DNA of 64,000 bases from Iphione sp. A-MEVVRFRX5 (taxonomy: Eukaryota). This document shows, piece after piece, positions 27,592 through 41,116 of the stretch. The DNA lies in contig OZ320316.1 of the NCBI GenBank assembly GCA_976226885.1, positions 97,464,001 through 97,528,000 of the forward strand, read 5' to 3'. The notes beneath the pieces were generated by a model. It did no database searches and had not been told where the DNA came from. It saw nothing but the letters and a program-made list of their open reading frames with translations. How positions within the stretch are numbered: the first letter of the stretch is position 1; every line of letters begins with the position of its first letter. The translations under genes were made by a program, and so were the position numbers.

Positions 27592-27887
27592 TTAAACTCA
27601 GTTATGCCTCTTAACAGTCCCAAGTATATATTGTGTTTCAAACCCCTCACATCCCTGTTATATTCTTCAAGTCCCCCTTACATCTCTCAATTCTTACGCC
27701 ACATCTTTTACATCGCTGTTCCTCTGTCTGACAGATATTCTGCAACTACGCAAAAGGACAGAGGGCTCAGCCGTAGTCTCGTAGATTAGGGAATTATAAG
27801 GCGATACGATAGAAGCTGTCCACGGTTTACAAGTTCACGGTGATGATGACGGGGCTACTTAGGTATAAGCACTGTTCGATACTTGTT

Positions 27888-27893
27888 TTTATT
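27888..27893 (-). promoter_or_regulatory. Candidate Xlox polyadenylation signal AATAAA
   Basis: AATAAA on the minus strand about 200 nt after the stop. No clear downstream GU-rich element. Confidence 0.3.
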
Positions 27894-28096
27894 GGAGTCT
27901 TCTACCGATGAATGCAGCACGACGTCCTTGTTGGTGGGAGATCCATCCCTAGATGGGAAGTATTCGTCATTTACAGCAGCAATATACGCTTACTATTGGA
28001 GAGAAAAAACAATCAATTTGCACATGGTCATCTATGCTAACAATTGGACATTCATTTGCAGTTCAGGACATTCTGATAACGGAAGCGGAAATGCAC

Positions 28097-28761
28097 CTAT
28101 GACGTATGTGCTCTCTTGTGGCCAACAACGACATCTGTCGTCGAGAGCAAACATCCATTTGCAGTCGGAATCCGTTCATGGCCGATGCAACCGCTTAGTG
28201 TCTGTTTCACACCGACGGGACCTTGACCTTCACCGTTCGTCGGTGAGCCCCTTCCGGAATCACCATCGCTATCAATGGCGGTGGCATCAACCTCGCCGCT
28301 GCCGCCTCGCCCATTAGACCGATCATCGGGGCGGTCTCTATCGTCGGCGCCATCAGCGGCCCGGTCGTCGCTGTCTGGTACTTCCTCTTCCTCTTCGTCG
28401 TCATCATCATCCAACTTGGCACTAGCACGCGACGCGTCGCTACCGGCTTCATCGTCGGCGCTTCCGGGCCCATCACCATTCGCTTTTCCACTTCCGCTTC
28501 CGTTACTCGTCGCTGCCCCTTCCGGTTGCGCCAGTGGACGCGGTCTACGCTTCGCCTCGTCTTTCTTCCACTTCATGCGGCGGTTCTGGAACCAGATCTT
28601 GATGTGACGCTCAGTTAGCGTCAACATGGCCGCCAGTTCGATGCGGCGCGGGCGGGAGATGTATTTGTTGAAGTGGAATTCCTTCTCCAGCTCCAGCAGC
28701 TGGGCGCGCGTATACGCCGTGCGCGTACGTTTGTTCTCGTCCGTGAAGTCGAGATTGGCAC
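28097..28761 (-). CDS. Xlox: Xlox/Pdx coding exon 2 with homeobox (28735-28556) and acidic C-terminal tail
   Basis: Acceptor ttcttttattcgccaccag|GT. The phase-1 join gives [77 protein letters not shown], with His44 diagnostic of Xlox/Pdx. Stop TAG at 28099-28097. 949+665=1614 nt = 537 aa plus stop. Confidence 0.97.
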
Positions 28762-29906
28762 CTGGTGGCGAATAAAAGAATCAGTACGTTAATACATCTG
28801 AATTAGACTATACACATATACATGTCGATAATTTGATATTACTTTTCCTATAATGTATAACGTTCATTTTACACCAATAAAACCATATGCATTATCTTCT
28901 TAAATGACTGCTGCCCAGAGATCAACGATAGGTATTTTATTAGTGCCCAATCCCAGTGCACACTTCTCAAGCTATATCCACTCTCGTCCCCCACAGGTTC
29001 ACAGATAATCTCCTTACGGATCCTTCCACACTTTCCCATGAATCTTCCGCCATATACCTCCTCTCACACCCCCTCCCCCCATCTCAGCCTCTCCCAACTC
29101 GGCCCTGTCTTTCACCCTGGTACACTTCCCCAATCGTATTCTTGGAAGGGGAATGACGTCAGAACAATGGTGCCCAACCACTCCCGGTCTCCACTATTAC
29201 CACACACTTTTCACCTCTTATTTGCTTTTGCTAAAGACCTAAAAGAATATTTTAGTTTACCAGTTGTGTCGCTACAGCTAGTTATTCCATGAAAACAGCT
29301 ACATGCGTATGGCATCGTTACAGCATATATTCACTGGAAACCAGCTTTGACAGCCCCTTGTTTATGCCTTAACGCTCCAAAGTATACCCGGATTTCCAAC
29401 TCCGAGAAGACCAGGCTCGGGAAGCAGCACTCTATTCCTGGGTATCTCTACCCTGACAAATGCGCATGCTCGCAGATGTGAGGGGACGCTGCGGCTGCTG
29501 TCCTGGTGCCCCGGCTACCAGTCCAATCATCTCGGCCCCCATGCGCCGACTGTCATGTGATTTATCTGAGTGAGAAATGGTCCTATTTGTCTGTAAGGGA
29601 CAGCTTGTTGCTTCGGTAGTTCAGATAACCAGGGAAAGCCCTACGTAGTCTGGGCCAAGTTATTGGACCCGTTATATACATATATTATATATATATGTAT
29701 ATACATTGTATACCATGCATGTAGTACATTGTACATTATAGAATCCTACCCTGGACCGGTTAGCGGCGTTCAACACACAGTACAGTATGGAATCTTAACA
29801 TTGGATGGCATAAAGTTGTTTATTGCGCTATGGTGTGGAATTGGACAATATGGGTTACAGTGCAATGTGATTGTTTAGATCCACTGAGAAGAACTGAGAA
29901 CAGAAT

Positions 29907-29907
<1 letters not shown>

Positions 29908-29982
<75 letters not shown>
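29908..29982. repeat. (GA)n microsatellite
   Basis: Read directly from sequence. Confidence 0.95.
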
Positions 29983-29986
<4 letters not shown>

Positions 29987-31569
29987 TGGGGAAGCCGAAG
30001 GCCAAACAGAGAGTTAGGAACGTTGGGAAAGGAAGGAAACGAATAGAGATGGAGAGCACGAGGGGACAATCAATATATTGTATATCATATTGTTACTCTT
30101 TATACATCTCCTAAAACCTCCCATCGCTCCCTACGCTTAATCCGTGGTCATATTGTATAATCCCATGGCCATAGCCTGAAGGCTGGTAAACCACCAACAG
30201 AGAGAGTTACCAATTAAAGATCCCCCAACGGAGTCCCCTTCTGCCTGGAGAGTTTAGTAGAGAGAAAGGGAAATAGATGGACGGATTCAGGGAACCGAGG
30301 TTAAGAGAGTGATCACATGTACACAGCCAGAGAAAGGCACAATGTACAAAATGGAGAGGGCGAAGAAAGAGTAGAAGGGGCGGGGGGGGAACAGCAATTG
30401 GCACGGATATTATGTGTCAAAGTAGAAGTAGAAGTTATACCTCACATACACAAAATATATATTGTAGTGTAATCTTCTGGGGAAAGTGTTTGAGATGATA
30501 AAATTGCCAATTAGAGTTTAAATATACATATAGATACAACGATCTAAGTATAAATTTATATACAATACAGACTTGAAGACCTTCAAAACCTTTCGGTACA
30601 ACGTCTTCCCAAGCGATCCAACCATAATGTAGAGGAGAATCCTTTGATAACTGGTGATAAATACCTGTTTATATAGGTAAGCAAATTGTACGGATCAATG
30701 CATTAGCTTAGCCCAGTTCAGATAGGGACATCCTTTATAAATATGAAGTAGACAGAGAAGTAAACAACACAAATTATCAGTGCACCATAACAAGGGGCCT
30801 TTATCAGGAGGTACAGGGATACATACGTCTCTAAGTCTAACATGTTGATGTATAAAACATATTGAATGCATGAAACTACAAAGCGTGGAAACGTTTCAGA
30901 CCTCATGAGTTTAAGCCATGATGGAAAGATTAAAAAACATAATAATATTTCGTACTTGAAACAGACCATGTGAATGAGAATGAGAGGGGAAAGCGTCTAA
31001 TAGGAGAGAGGGCGAGAGAGGGGGAGAGAAAAAAGATATAGAGACATCCCATGTGTCCTTGTCTTTCTTCATTCGTATTCCTCCTCTTCCCTTCCTTTCC
31101 ATTCTCTCTTTATCCTATTCTCCATCCTTCATCAGCTACGTATTCTTATTCTCTGTTCTCATTCTTGCTCCTCCTTTTCCTCTCTTCACTTTCTTTTCTC
31201 CCTCCACTTCCATTGCTTTCCTTTGCCCTCTTCGTCCTCTATCTCCCTTCCTCCTCTTGTCCTTCCTTCTTCTTCCCTTTCTCTGCATTTTCTCCTCGTC
31301 CTCTCAACTACTTTCTCTATTCATTATCTCTTTTCCCTATATCTTCTGTTCGGCCGTCTTCGCCCCGCTTTCTCTTCTCCCGCCTCCGTCCTCGATGTTA
31401 TCCTTCCTGTTAATTCCTTCGTCCTACCTTTCCTCCTCCTCGTCCCTCTCCTCCCGGGCAGACGCGGCTGCCCAAGCCTCAGGCCCTTGCGCCCGGAGTC
31501 CGCCGCCTGAACGCCCTTGGATGTCAGTTCACCCTGCGACTTCCACCTACCAAGTACCATTGTGTTTCA

Positions 31570-31745
31570 CCTACCTTGCGGCCCTATGCTTGGTCTCAAA
31601 ATATACAATCTCAACTCTTACCTAACTGCCCTATACCTGGCCTCAAACTATACAATCTCGACACCTACATCACTGCCCTATACCCAGTCTCCAGCAATGC
31701 GATCTTAACACCTACCTTACGACCCCATACGTGATCTCAAACTAC
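31570..31745. repeat. Degenerate ~46-bp tandem repeat, about 4 copies
   Basis: Recurring acctac...gccctata...ctcaaa.tatacaatctc units. Confidence 0.6.
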
Positions 31746-32174
31746 ATGAAAACGATCCTCAAAGCCCCTGTTCACACTCTCAAGGGCAAAATAGCATCTG
31801 AAGGCACCACTCACCGTCCTGACCACACAAACACGCTACCTATCCACGGCGACCACTTACTACCACTCACCTCTCAAGCATTAGGGTCAGTTTCCTTACA
31901 TGTGTTGATGTCCATGCGTTTTCTGTCTGTTTTTTGTCCTTTTTATTGGTCATGTTCATTCTAATAGAGGGTGCCAAATGCGTCTGTGTTCATTGATGTC
32001 TGTTTGATGTCTGTTGACCATTAACGGTCCCTTACAGATAATTTGATGCAGACAGACAGCAAATGGGCAGTCGTATACTAGAAATAGTCTTTGAATCAGG
32101 TGAAGTAACATAAAAACAATGTCAAAAGACATCAAACTTGTCCTTTAACTAGTGAAACTAGTGAAATTCACTCG

Positions 32175-32335
32175 TTTTTGCCACTATTCCCATCTAATTT
32201 GTCTTTAGTGACATTTCCTGGTTTTTGCCACTATTCCCGTCAAATTTGTCCTTTTTTTTATCATTTAACTAGAGATATTCAATGGTTTTTGCCACTGTTC
32301 CCATCAAATTTGTCCCTTTTTATCTTTAACTAGAT
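32175..32335. repeat. Three-copy tandem repeat
   Basis: tttttgccact(a/g)ttccc(a/g)tc(a/t)aatttgtc repeated three times. Confidence 0.75.
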
Positions 32336-33990
32336 CTTTGGATCTCTCACCCCTCCCTCCTACCGACTTCTCGCCGACTACCAGACCTCCACCTGAGATT
32401 CTACTGCCTGAAACACCTATCGCCCCCTACTTCACCGTCGCCGTTTTCTCAGGGCCAGTCCCTCCTGCTCTACCTTCGGGGATCTCCACCAAGCTGTCTA
32501 TAGGTTCACATGCACGGGAGGTCATGGCCTTAAATGCTGTTTTCAGAGTCGCCAACACCAAACCTACACACAGCTGTATAACTTTGGAACACCATTTTAA
32601 TACCAGGCGAAGTTTGTTTCAAAACGGGAAAACGAACGTTGGATGGAAGAAGTTAGACTGAGGTCTATATATCCCTAAATTAAAGAGAGGAGGGTTTGGG
32701 GGCCGACACGGAGACAGGGACGGGGATGGCAGTATGCCAGTCGAGAACACAGGAGACGACCGAGACAACGGCGGCGGCGGCGGCGGCGGCGGCGGATGCG
32801 GCCCCTTGGCCTCGGTGGTGGGCGCCATGGGCGACCGGGAAGACCCCGGCGGGGAGAGAGGAGGAGGAGTGGCCACGGCGCCCGGGATATAGATGGGCGC
32901 CGAGCACCGGGCGCCAGTCACCGGGCGCCGGTAGGAGGGCGCAAAGGACGGGAGGGCTATGAATGGGTCTTACAAGTCCTTATACAGAGACACTAGCATT
33001 AGTAGAAGATTATAATTATGGTGGTTTGGTCAAGATGTATGAACACGTCCCCCATCATCACTACTCGATCTATATTTAGTCTTGACAGCATATAACAATT
33101 CTCATTATTATCGGTAATTCAGTTACACATCGGTACATTGAGGCTCCAGCTAACGTCTTGTAACGAAATATTTCATTATCCAGAGTATTTTCTGTGGAAC
33201 TTTACACTCTGGAAAAATGAACCGTCGGTATGCCGTAATGATCGTAATGAGTTTTAACAATACAACCATATAGCACCCTATACAATGTGCCATATACATG
33301 TAAAATGCTTCTTTCACAGCGACCTGCATCTATTTCACATCGAGACACTCTCAACTGACAGCTGTTAGACAGCAGGTAATATTAGATACCCGACTCACCC
33401 TCTTCCCGCCTTTTCTCACCTGTGTTAAAATAGCATGTAGTGGATAGGGGAAGCGAAAGGAACAGACTTTCCCTCGGGTGAAAATATTTGCCTGGCTCTT
33501 TGATGTCAAGGTAAACATCACAGGTGCCATTGTGAAGGCATAAATCTACACGAGCCAACTGGTCAGGTGAAGACGGTACCAGATCTGGGGGTATGGGTGT
33601 ACATTAGAGTACTATTTCTTGTGTGTAGGTGTGCAGAAATATCAACCTCCTAGGTGCGTCCACCTCCAAATCGACTTTAATTTCTATCTGAATAGATCAA
33701 CACATTGACAAAACACTAGGTGTAGAAATATATCAAAACCCAACAGATGTCTTAGTGTGAATGAGTTGGCTCAATTTTCCCAACGTTTAGAGTATTGTTA
33801 CTTTTCCGAACAGGTCATTGAAAAAGGTTATCTTTAATTCGATATAGGTGCAGTCCATATGGGTTGTGTATGTGATACATGCATATACAATAGATAGGAC
33901 AAATATAATTATGGGTGGGTTTAATTCACTGTCTTTGCTGTTCGGATTAGAGATTTTCTATACATGTATTTACACGTATATATACACATA

Positions 33991-34630
33991 CAGGAGAATC
34001 TTACTTTGCGACCTCATCACTTTGCGACCAAGATGACTATTGCAACCATTTTGGGTCAGAACGGAATTAATTTCAGTAAATATCCTATATGGTTCTCTCT
34101 TACTTTGCGACCTTATTGCTTACTGACCATATTCACCAGCCAACAACTCATCTTAGGGTTGTTTTCTGTATATTTTATTACTTTGTGACCACCTCTGATG
34201 TTCTCTCACCCTGGAGGGTCAGTGACTTCTCTGATGTCTTGGCATCAAGGGCGACTAAGGGCGACCTCTCTGATGTTCCTCACACCTTGGAGAGGGTGGT
34301 CGGAGAGGTCGGAGGTGTCAAAGGCAACCTCTCTGATGTTCCTCACACCCTGGAGGAGCTGTATCTCACACCTCTTTGAGTCACTTATAGTCATCAAATT
34401 CAGCACTTTTTGGACTTTTAGTCATCAAATTCAGCACTTTTTGGACTTGAAGTCATCAAATTCAGCACTTTTTGGACATTTCAGAGAGTATGCACATTTA
34501 AGTAGAGAGAGAGGGAGAAAGGGATATGATTTCAAGCCCAGACCCCTTACAAAATTGCTTTGCGACCATATTCGCTATTCCGACCATTTTGGGTCGACCC
34601 AAGTGGTGGTTGCAAAGTAAGGTTCTCCTG
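33991..34630. mobile_element. Tc1/mariner-type MITE (640 bp)
   Basis: TA|CAGGAGAATCTTACTTTGCGACC ... GGTTGCAAAGTAAGGTTCTCCTG|TA: 23-bp TIR with 2 mismatches, TA TSD, subterminal CTTTGCGACC repeats. Confidence 0.8.
34389..34477 (+). repeat. 31-bp minisatellite, about 3 copies (reverse-oriented arrays at 35341-35413 and 50035-50127)
   Basis: Unit agtcatcaaattcagcactttttggactt starts at 34389, 34420, 34451. Exact reverse complement at 50051-50079. Confidence 0.9.
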
Positions 34631-35435
34631 TACATGCATACAATTGATTATAACACACTGGATGAAGAACATGATACATTAGATTTTGATTTCTTATAAT
34701 ACAGTGGAAGCTCTTAGTCTGGATATCTTCAAATCAGGATATCGTACAATATGGACAACCAAAAGACAGAACCAAGTCTCTAAATCCACGTTCAAATACT
34801 CCTGTTATTCCAGGCATCCCTCTGTCCGAACAATGACACTTGCCAACTGCCAACTGGTCGTCCAGCACTTAACCCATGTAGCTAAAGTAGGGGAAGTGTG
34901 GGTAATTGTCTAAGCCACTGTCCAAATACCTTGCTTATTTAGAAGCAATAGGGGCTGAAGCATATCTTAACAAACTAGAGGAATTTTAGTTAGATCAGTC
35001 ATTGATTAAAATGGAATTGAAACTTTTTTATGACTGGTACAATTTACCCAACAGGAAGGGTAAATTGGACCAGGTGCCATAATCTGCTCAGTCAGGTGTA
35101 AAATGAATCTAGGTCCTAGAAATGTAAGTCACATGAACAACAGCATGGCTTTGAAAGGTTATAGTCACTATTAGTTGTGATGCTGATGAACTTGGCGACT
35201 TCTTCCATCAAAATACAGTCGGACGTCCCGATTATGGACAGCCTCTGTTCTTTCACAAATCGTCTGCATCTCAGACGTGGCTGGTTTGTAGATCTGTTAG
35301 TAGGATATAGAATGGGGGTTAAACCTGGAGTGTATATCCTAAAAGTACTGAATTTGACCAGTTAAAGTCCAAAAAGTACTGAATTTGACCAGTAAAAGTC
35401 CAAAAAGTACTGAGTAATATTCTACCCAAACATGT

Positions 35436-35650
35436 ACAGAGGTGTGAATCCCTACCCTTTGAGGGTGTCAGGGGGTCTGGGAGGCCCCAAATTTGTGCTA
35501 CAACCTTTGAAATTGACTTCTGAGGCCTCTCTGCTGAGCCAAATTCGCGCAAAAACGCATACAGAGGCTTGAACCCCTACCCTTTGAGGGTGTCAGGGGG
35601 TCTGGTAGGCCCCAAATTCACACTTCAACCTTTAAAAATGACTTCTGAGA
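35436..35650. repeat. 125-bp-period direct repeat, 2 copies
   Basis: Exact 30-mer cctaccctttgagggtgtcagggggtctgg at 35451 and 35576. Confidence 0.85.
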
Positions 35651-38600
35651 GGGGTCTGGGAGGTGTCCGTAGGGGAAAGCTTTACCAAACAAGCTGTCCT
35701 GATTAGAGATGTCCTCTCATAGTGCTTAACTGTAGGAAAGCAATTGGTTCTGCATCAAATTGTCTGCATTGTAGATTTGTCTGCATCCCAGATGTGTCTG
35801 CGAGGGGACATCGCACTGTATGTACAACAGAATGGGACCTGCATTACTGGGGTATTAGATTCCTTTCACACTTGTTTCTGCAATTTTATGTGCATACATG
35901 TATATTTAAAATGTTTCACCAAACATTTTAAAATCTCAAAAGATTCATTTGGCAAGATAACCTCTCAGGCCTAAAAAGCTCCTTGCACTAGTGACAGGAG
36001 CTTTGTTGATGACCTTCTCGAACACCCCGGCAAATTACCACACATCTATACCAGTTGTCTTGTCATTAAAAGTCCTAAATATGTTAAAGCTAAAAGTAAA
36101 TAAATAAAACCAGCAAATATTTCTTTATTTATTTGTTAAATGATGCCTTGCATTTCAATAAAAATTATTTACTGTAGAAGAGGGTACATCATGGAGTTCG
36201 CTGCAAACAGACTCATTCTCAATGAAAAACTACTAGACTATACCTGTTGATGCTTTCACAAAACACAGGTACTACACTTCATGTCCAGGGATGAAGGCTT
36301 TCTGCTCTGATGGAACATCATGAGAAGTAGCCAAGGACTGATTCCGCACCCCCTCTAATTAATAAGGGCCAAATATGTACCCTATTGGCTCAGTTGTATT
36401 AATATCATTCATAAACTGCAATAGGTTTAGTTTTCTTCAATAAGTGAAGGGTAAGCTTGGCCAAGTTAAAATACATGCGAATGTGGTAAATTTTACATAA
36501 GTGACAGCTAAGTCCTGAACGGGAATAGGTTTTTACCATAACTATGTACATGTATACATTGACTATAGTTAAATTCCATTAATCATCTTAGAAATGATGA
36601 AGGTTTAATGATGTCTCATCTGTAAAGGGATGGTGAGAATTGACCGATCGCTGCCTTTCATGACAATACAAGTGACATTGTTGTGTCCATGACACTTGTT
36701 ATGTATAGGTACATAAGTCAGCGATTGGTCAATTGGTCATTGTGTGAGTTGGTTATGGTGTAAGTTTGTCATCACTGTGAGTTAGTCATGGAGGAAATTG
36801 TCCAAGAAAAGCAGATACGAGTTGGTAAATCACAATAAACTATATCTAGCTCTATTGAACTAGATTTATTTCTGACTGTTTGAAGTGTCACAGCACTATG
36901 GCATTTAGGACGCCGTGCACCGGGTTCGTACCCATGTGTATTCCATGTAATTTTGTATTTCCACTTGCATGTACATGTATAGGCCACGCATATAGTGTGC
37001 TATCAAGATCAAAGACATAGCTGTGTTGTCATGTAGATAACAAGGGCTTTCCGTGTGGCTAGATGGGCTTTATTGAAACCCTTTGTTTATTCAAGCAGTG
37101 GTAGTGTTACCAGGTCAATGTCAAGAGGTAGTCCACTGCTTTGTTGATCTGGAACGTTGAATCGGATAAGTTGTTCTTGGTGCCACATGTAAAACTACGT
37201 CCCGTACACAGCGAACCCCTTTTATACGATGGGGTTGGTTAAGTGAATCCTGGGCGAATGATGAGGGACTTTGGAGCTGGTCAAAGCAACGTCGGACAAA
37301 TTATACCTGTCGGATATCGAATCAGGGAACACAGGGTGATGGGTGTAATCGCTTTCTGTAGGTTTCTGTAGTCATAAAGCTTGAAAAACTCCTGTGAGCA
37401 GTAAACTTTCCTTCACATAAAACCGAACAGTATCATAATTTTGTATGAGAAGGTATGAAACATAAACAAAGAAAGAGAGAGATAACATATGTACACATGG
37501 CGTAGGGTGTAGGATAGAGACGGAAATACATGTATAGACTATGAGCAAGACAGAGAGGTGCGCTAGGAACGAGAGACAGAGACAGGTAGACAGACAAACA
37601 AGCCGATGGAGGTGTAAGGATACTAGAAGATCATTTTAAGATTAGCTGGTTGACCAATTTTTCAATCCATACCAGAGTCCCTTCGCTGTATTATATTTTT
37701 TTTTCGACAGGATAATGCTTCCTACATTGGTAACACTTTTCGTCTCTGTTCTTTAAGATGTTCTGTAGATAAACATATATATGTAATCACTGTTAGCTTA
37801 AGGCCAGCATCATCTATCCAATGTATCAAACAGTCACTTAGATCAGTCAGAAAATAAAAACATTTTCCTATCGTCAAGTAGTGTGTAAAGGGGGCCACCT
37901 TCAAGTGGCAACATATCAGGTCGATTTTGAGTATCATTTATTGATCATTGACACCTGACACTCCCCCTCTCCTGCCCCCCCCCCCACCGTGTAAAGTGTA
38001 TCTTGGCACCTGCATTTAACTCTCTCTCTTAACAGCAGATGGCAGGTGAGTCCAATAGAGGAACTACGGTCGCGAGCGATAATATAAGAAGCAATAAATC
38101 TACTGGTGTCAGTGTCTCTTGCCACTGGTTGAAAATGCCAACGAAGGAACAGAAAGGTGTCGGTGACAAATTAATGAGTTAGTTTCAGTAAGATTGTATG
38201 ATGAGTCATACATGATTTGCCTAGGACAAAGTAAAACCCAGGGTAAGGGAAAAGGACCTCTAAATTATCTTATTATGTAAGAAAACCATATTAGTTGACC
38301 GACATTTCTTGCCATTGATCTCAGCATTATTAGTCTTACGTGGAAATGGTACATAAAGAGCATCATTTAAGACTTTAGAATTACCAAAAGAACTGGATAT
38401 ATGGAAGACGGTGGTTTAGACTTTGTAGTATCTGCTTTGAACAGGAAAACTGTCACAAGTGGTGTGGTGTACATGGTAGTTTATTGATAACGCACCCTCT
38501 ATCCCCTCAAATGCACACACCCGTACAGACGTATACGAACGCACTTACATACTCACATACAAGCTGACACACAAGTACACTCACATCCACAAAGTACATG

Positions 38601-41116
38601 TACATACATTTTGAGGTTTCTGTTAAAGAGCAATATCTATTTCTGAGCTCTGTTTGATTTTGTATTTAGTATTTCCACCTGCCTAGTTATAGGATTCCAA
38701 ATTCTAGCTAATATTTATTATAGGGATCGCAGGTTCATCTATCTAAAAATTTATCATCTCAAAGACTTTGTCACACAGAAGTAGACGTATACATGTATTT
38801 GTGTGATATGTGTTTGTTTGGTTACCTCTACTCGAGTCTTAGTTTAGGTTGTGAAGGGTTAAGCATTTTTGTTATCTTTTAAGCGACTTATATATTTTAC
38901 ACAACATTATGCACTACTATTGGTGAAGCTAGCCATTCAGAGTAAACGTAGATAAATAATGTTTTTTTTCACGCGTTCAGGCTAGCTATACACTCATAAT
39001 CTGAGGGTGAATTATCCCAATGTCCTGAAATAGGAATGTTATTGGCATAGGGAGGGAGGACCTTTACATTCCTCAAAATGTGAATCATAAAATCTACTTT
39101 TCTTTCTTAAGTGTCATAAGTGATTTAAACTATCTCGTTACTGACGGGCGCTGGGGAGTGATATTCACAATTTGTTGAGTTGAGATCACATACAATTACC
39201 TCTGTGTGCTTTTATTGTTTTTCCTAGTATATAATATATTCCACAGGAAATATAATAAGTACTGAATTTATCGAAAATACTCCATAAATCTTTCATTCCT
39301 CGTCACGTCAATCGCATTCCTGTTCCATTAAGGACATTTTTAATTTATTCCTATGAAGAATTTGGGAATGTTTGAACGGGTGAGGCATGGCTGAATCAAA
39401 TTTCATCATTATTTGTCATTTTCCTCGATATTTCCCCGTGGTTATTGTAGTGTGCCCTCACTCAACGCTGTGGTTTGTCTGTGGCGGTAATGGGTAGCCT
39501 TTTCTCATTCTAAACACCCCCTCCTGGTTTTCACAGTGAAAAAGACCCCAGTGTAAGATAGGATGGGGTGCAAAGGGGGAAGTGGGAGAGGGAATATGCC
39601 TGAGGGCCCCTAACTGACCAACCAAACCGTAAATAAGGGTAGCACGACGACAAAAAATTCTCACGTTTAAATGCAATATGATCCCTATTTTCCCGGCCCC
39701 TGCTAATTATATAATACGACAGAGACCTGCGTCTGTTGTGGCCAGCTCAGGAAGGGTTCTAATTAATTGTCATTCGGGCGTCCGCCGCACGGGGCACTGC
39801 GAACGGCAGGTAGCGTACGGCGAAATTACCGCCGATAATGCGGCTGCACTCAGCGAGCACGAACCTGATACCACACGTCCATTCAAGGTCACCTTGGCGT
39901 GAAATCAGATCCACGTCGGCCACAATTTGTTGATGCGGCAGCGAGGAAAAAAACGACAGGCGAAGTGAAAGCAATCCACCCAAAGGGGAAATATTTTTCG
40001 GTTTATTTTCTTTACGTCCTCGCCCTTTCTCCTGTCCGCTTCATACTTGTGTACTTTTCTCTGCGGCATCTATTGTTGGCATTTATGTTTGGAGTCCCCT
40101 CGGACGGAATGCCGGCAGTTAGGTTTTTCGCAGACGACATTTAACTTTGTTTCGCGCCATTTGACCACACAAAGGGCGCGTGGCTCCGCCTGGCGTTGAC
40201 ATCACCCGGGTAATTGTGGTTAAACATTGAAAGTCGGAGATTCAGATTGGATTACTTGGAAGCTTCCATTTACGAGCAGACGACTTTTTATAAGCATCAA
40301 TCACAGTACTGCTATAGCAAGATATTAATTCATACGTGAAATGCAGCCGTAATGTAGTCTGAATCCTGTCAATCAGTCCACAAATGCTTAGACATTAGAG
40401 ATTACAATATGATTACTGATATTCCTGTCAGCCTGATTTAATAAGTCTAGTCCTTTACGTAGTCCCTTATTGACCGTTGTTTCTGTGGAGTTAATTTGCT
40501 TGCTTACCATCTGAACTTAGGCGTACTTCCCAGTTATTTGTTCCATACGTGGGGCTTAGCTTCCATGAGTGAAATTTTGGTGCATGCGGGAAACTTTGCT
40601 GCTTTGCCAGGTCTTTCTGGATCTTACCACATTGGTCGTTTCCAATTGTTCATGTGATCTTCGTCTCTCTTTGTCTCTCATACAAATCCCACGGAAATCG
40701 AGCTGATTCTGTGCAAATTTTCCTTTTTTGTGAAAATCGCCTTGAGAACCTGCTGATTCTGTGGATATCCCACTTTGATGTCCCTGGACGCTCCTGCATA
40801 TTTCTACGCCACTGGTGCATTTCTGCAAATGTCTCTTTAAATTATACTAATACGACTTGTTTTTGAAGATTGCAAACACACACCCATGCATCCATGCAAG
40901 TTGCACATATGGAAATGGCCAAGTTCATTCATAATACGGCAAAAAACACAACATGCATGCACCACGCATGCGAATAACCCATGTAAATTGGGCTTTAGGA
41001 GTCTTTCTAAGGGGAACAATACGTAAACTGTTTTTCAAGCAGAGCAAATACACATTTATAAAACGCACCTTTGAAGGTCTTTGTCAACTTCTGTTGTTAC
41101 TACTAGTAAATAAAAT

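Noticed and set aside
1-28096. Cdx or Gsx homeobox
   Set aside because: No KYRVVY / WFQNRR-type coding sequence found by eye on either strand outside Xlox exon 2.
28556-28735. Assignment of the homeobox to a Hox-cluster gene (Hox3/Antp class)
   Set aside because: His44, [18 protein letters not shown] and the FPWMKTTKSHA hexapeptide are Xlox/Pdx-specific.
30885-30915. Penelope-type minimal hammerhead (minus strand CTCATGAGGTCTGAAAC)
   Set aside because: The catalytic CUGA core reads CUCA, and I could not build stems I and III. At most a decayed relic.
31515-31523. Plus-strand PWM hexapeptide-like peptide (ERPWMS)
   Set aside because: Lacks the Y/F before PWM, lies in a low-complexity ORF, and has no partner homeobox on that strand.
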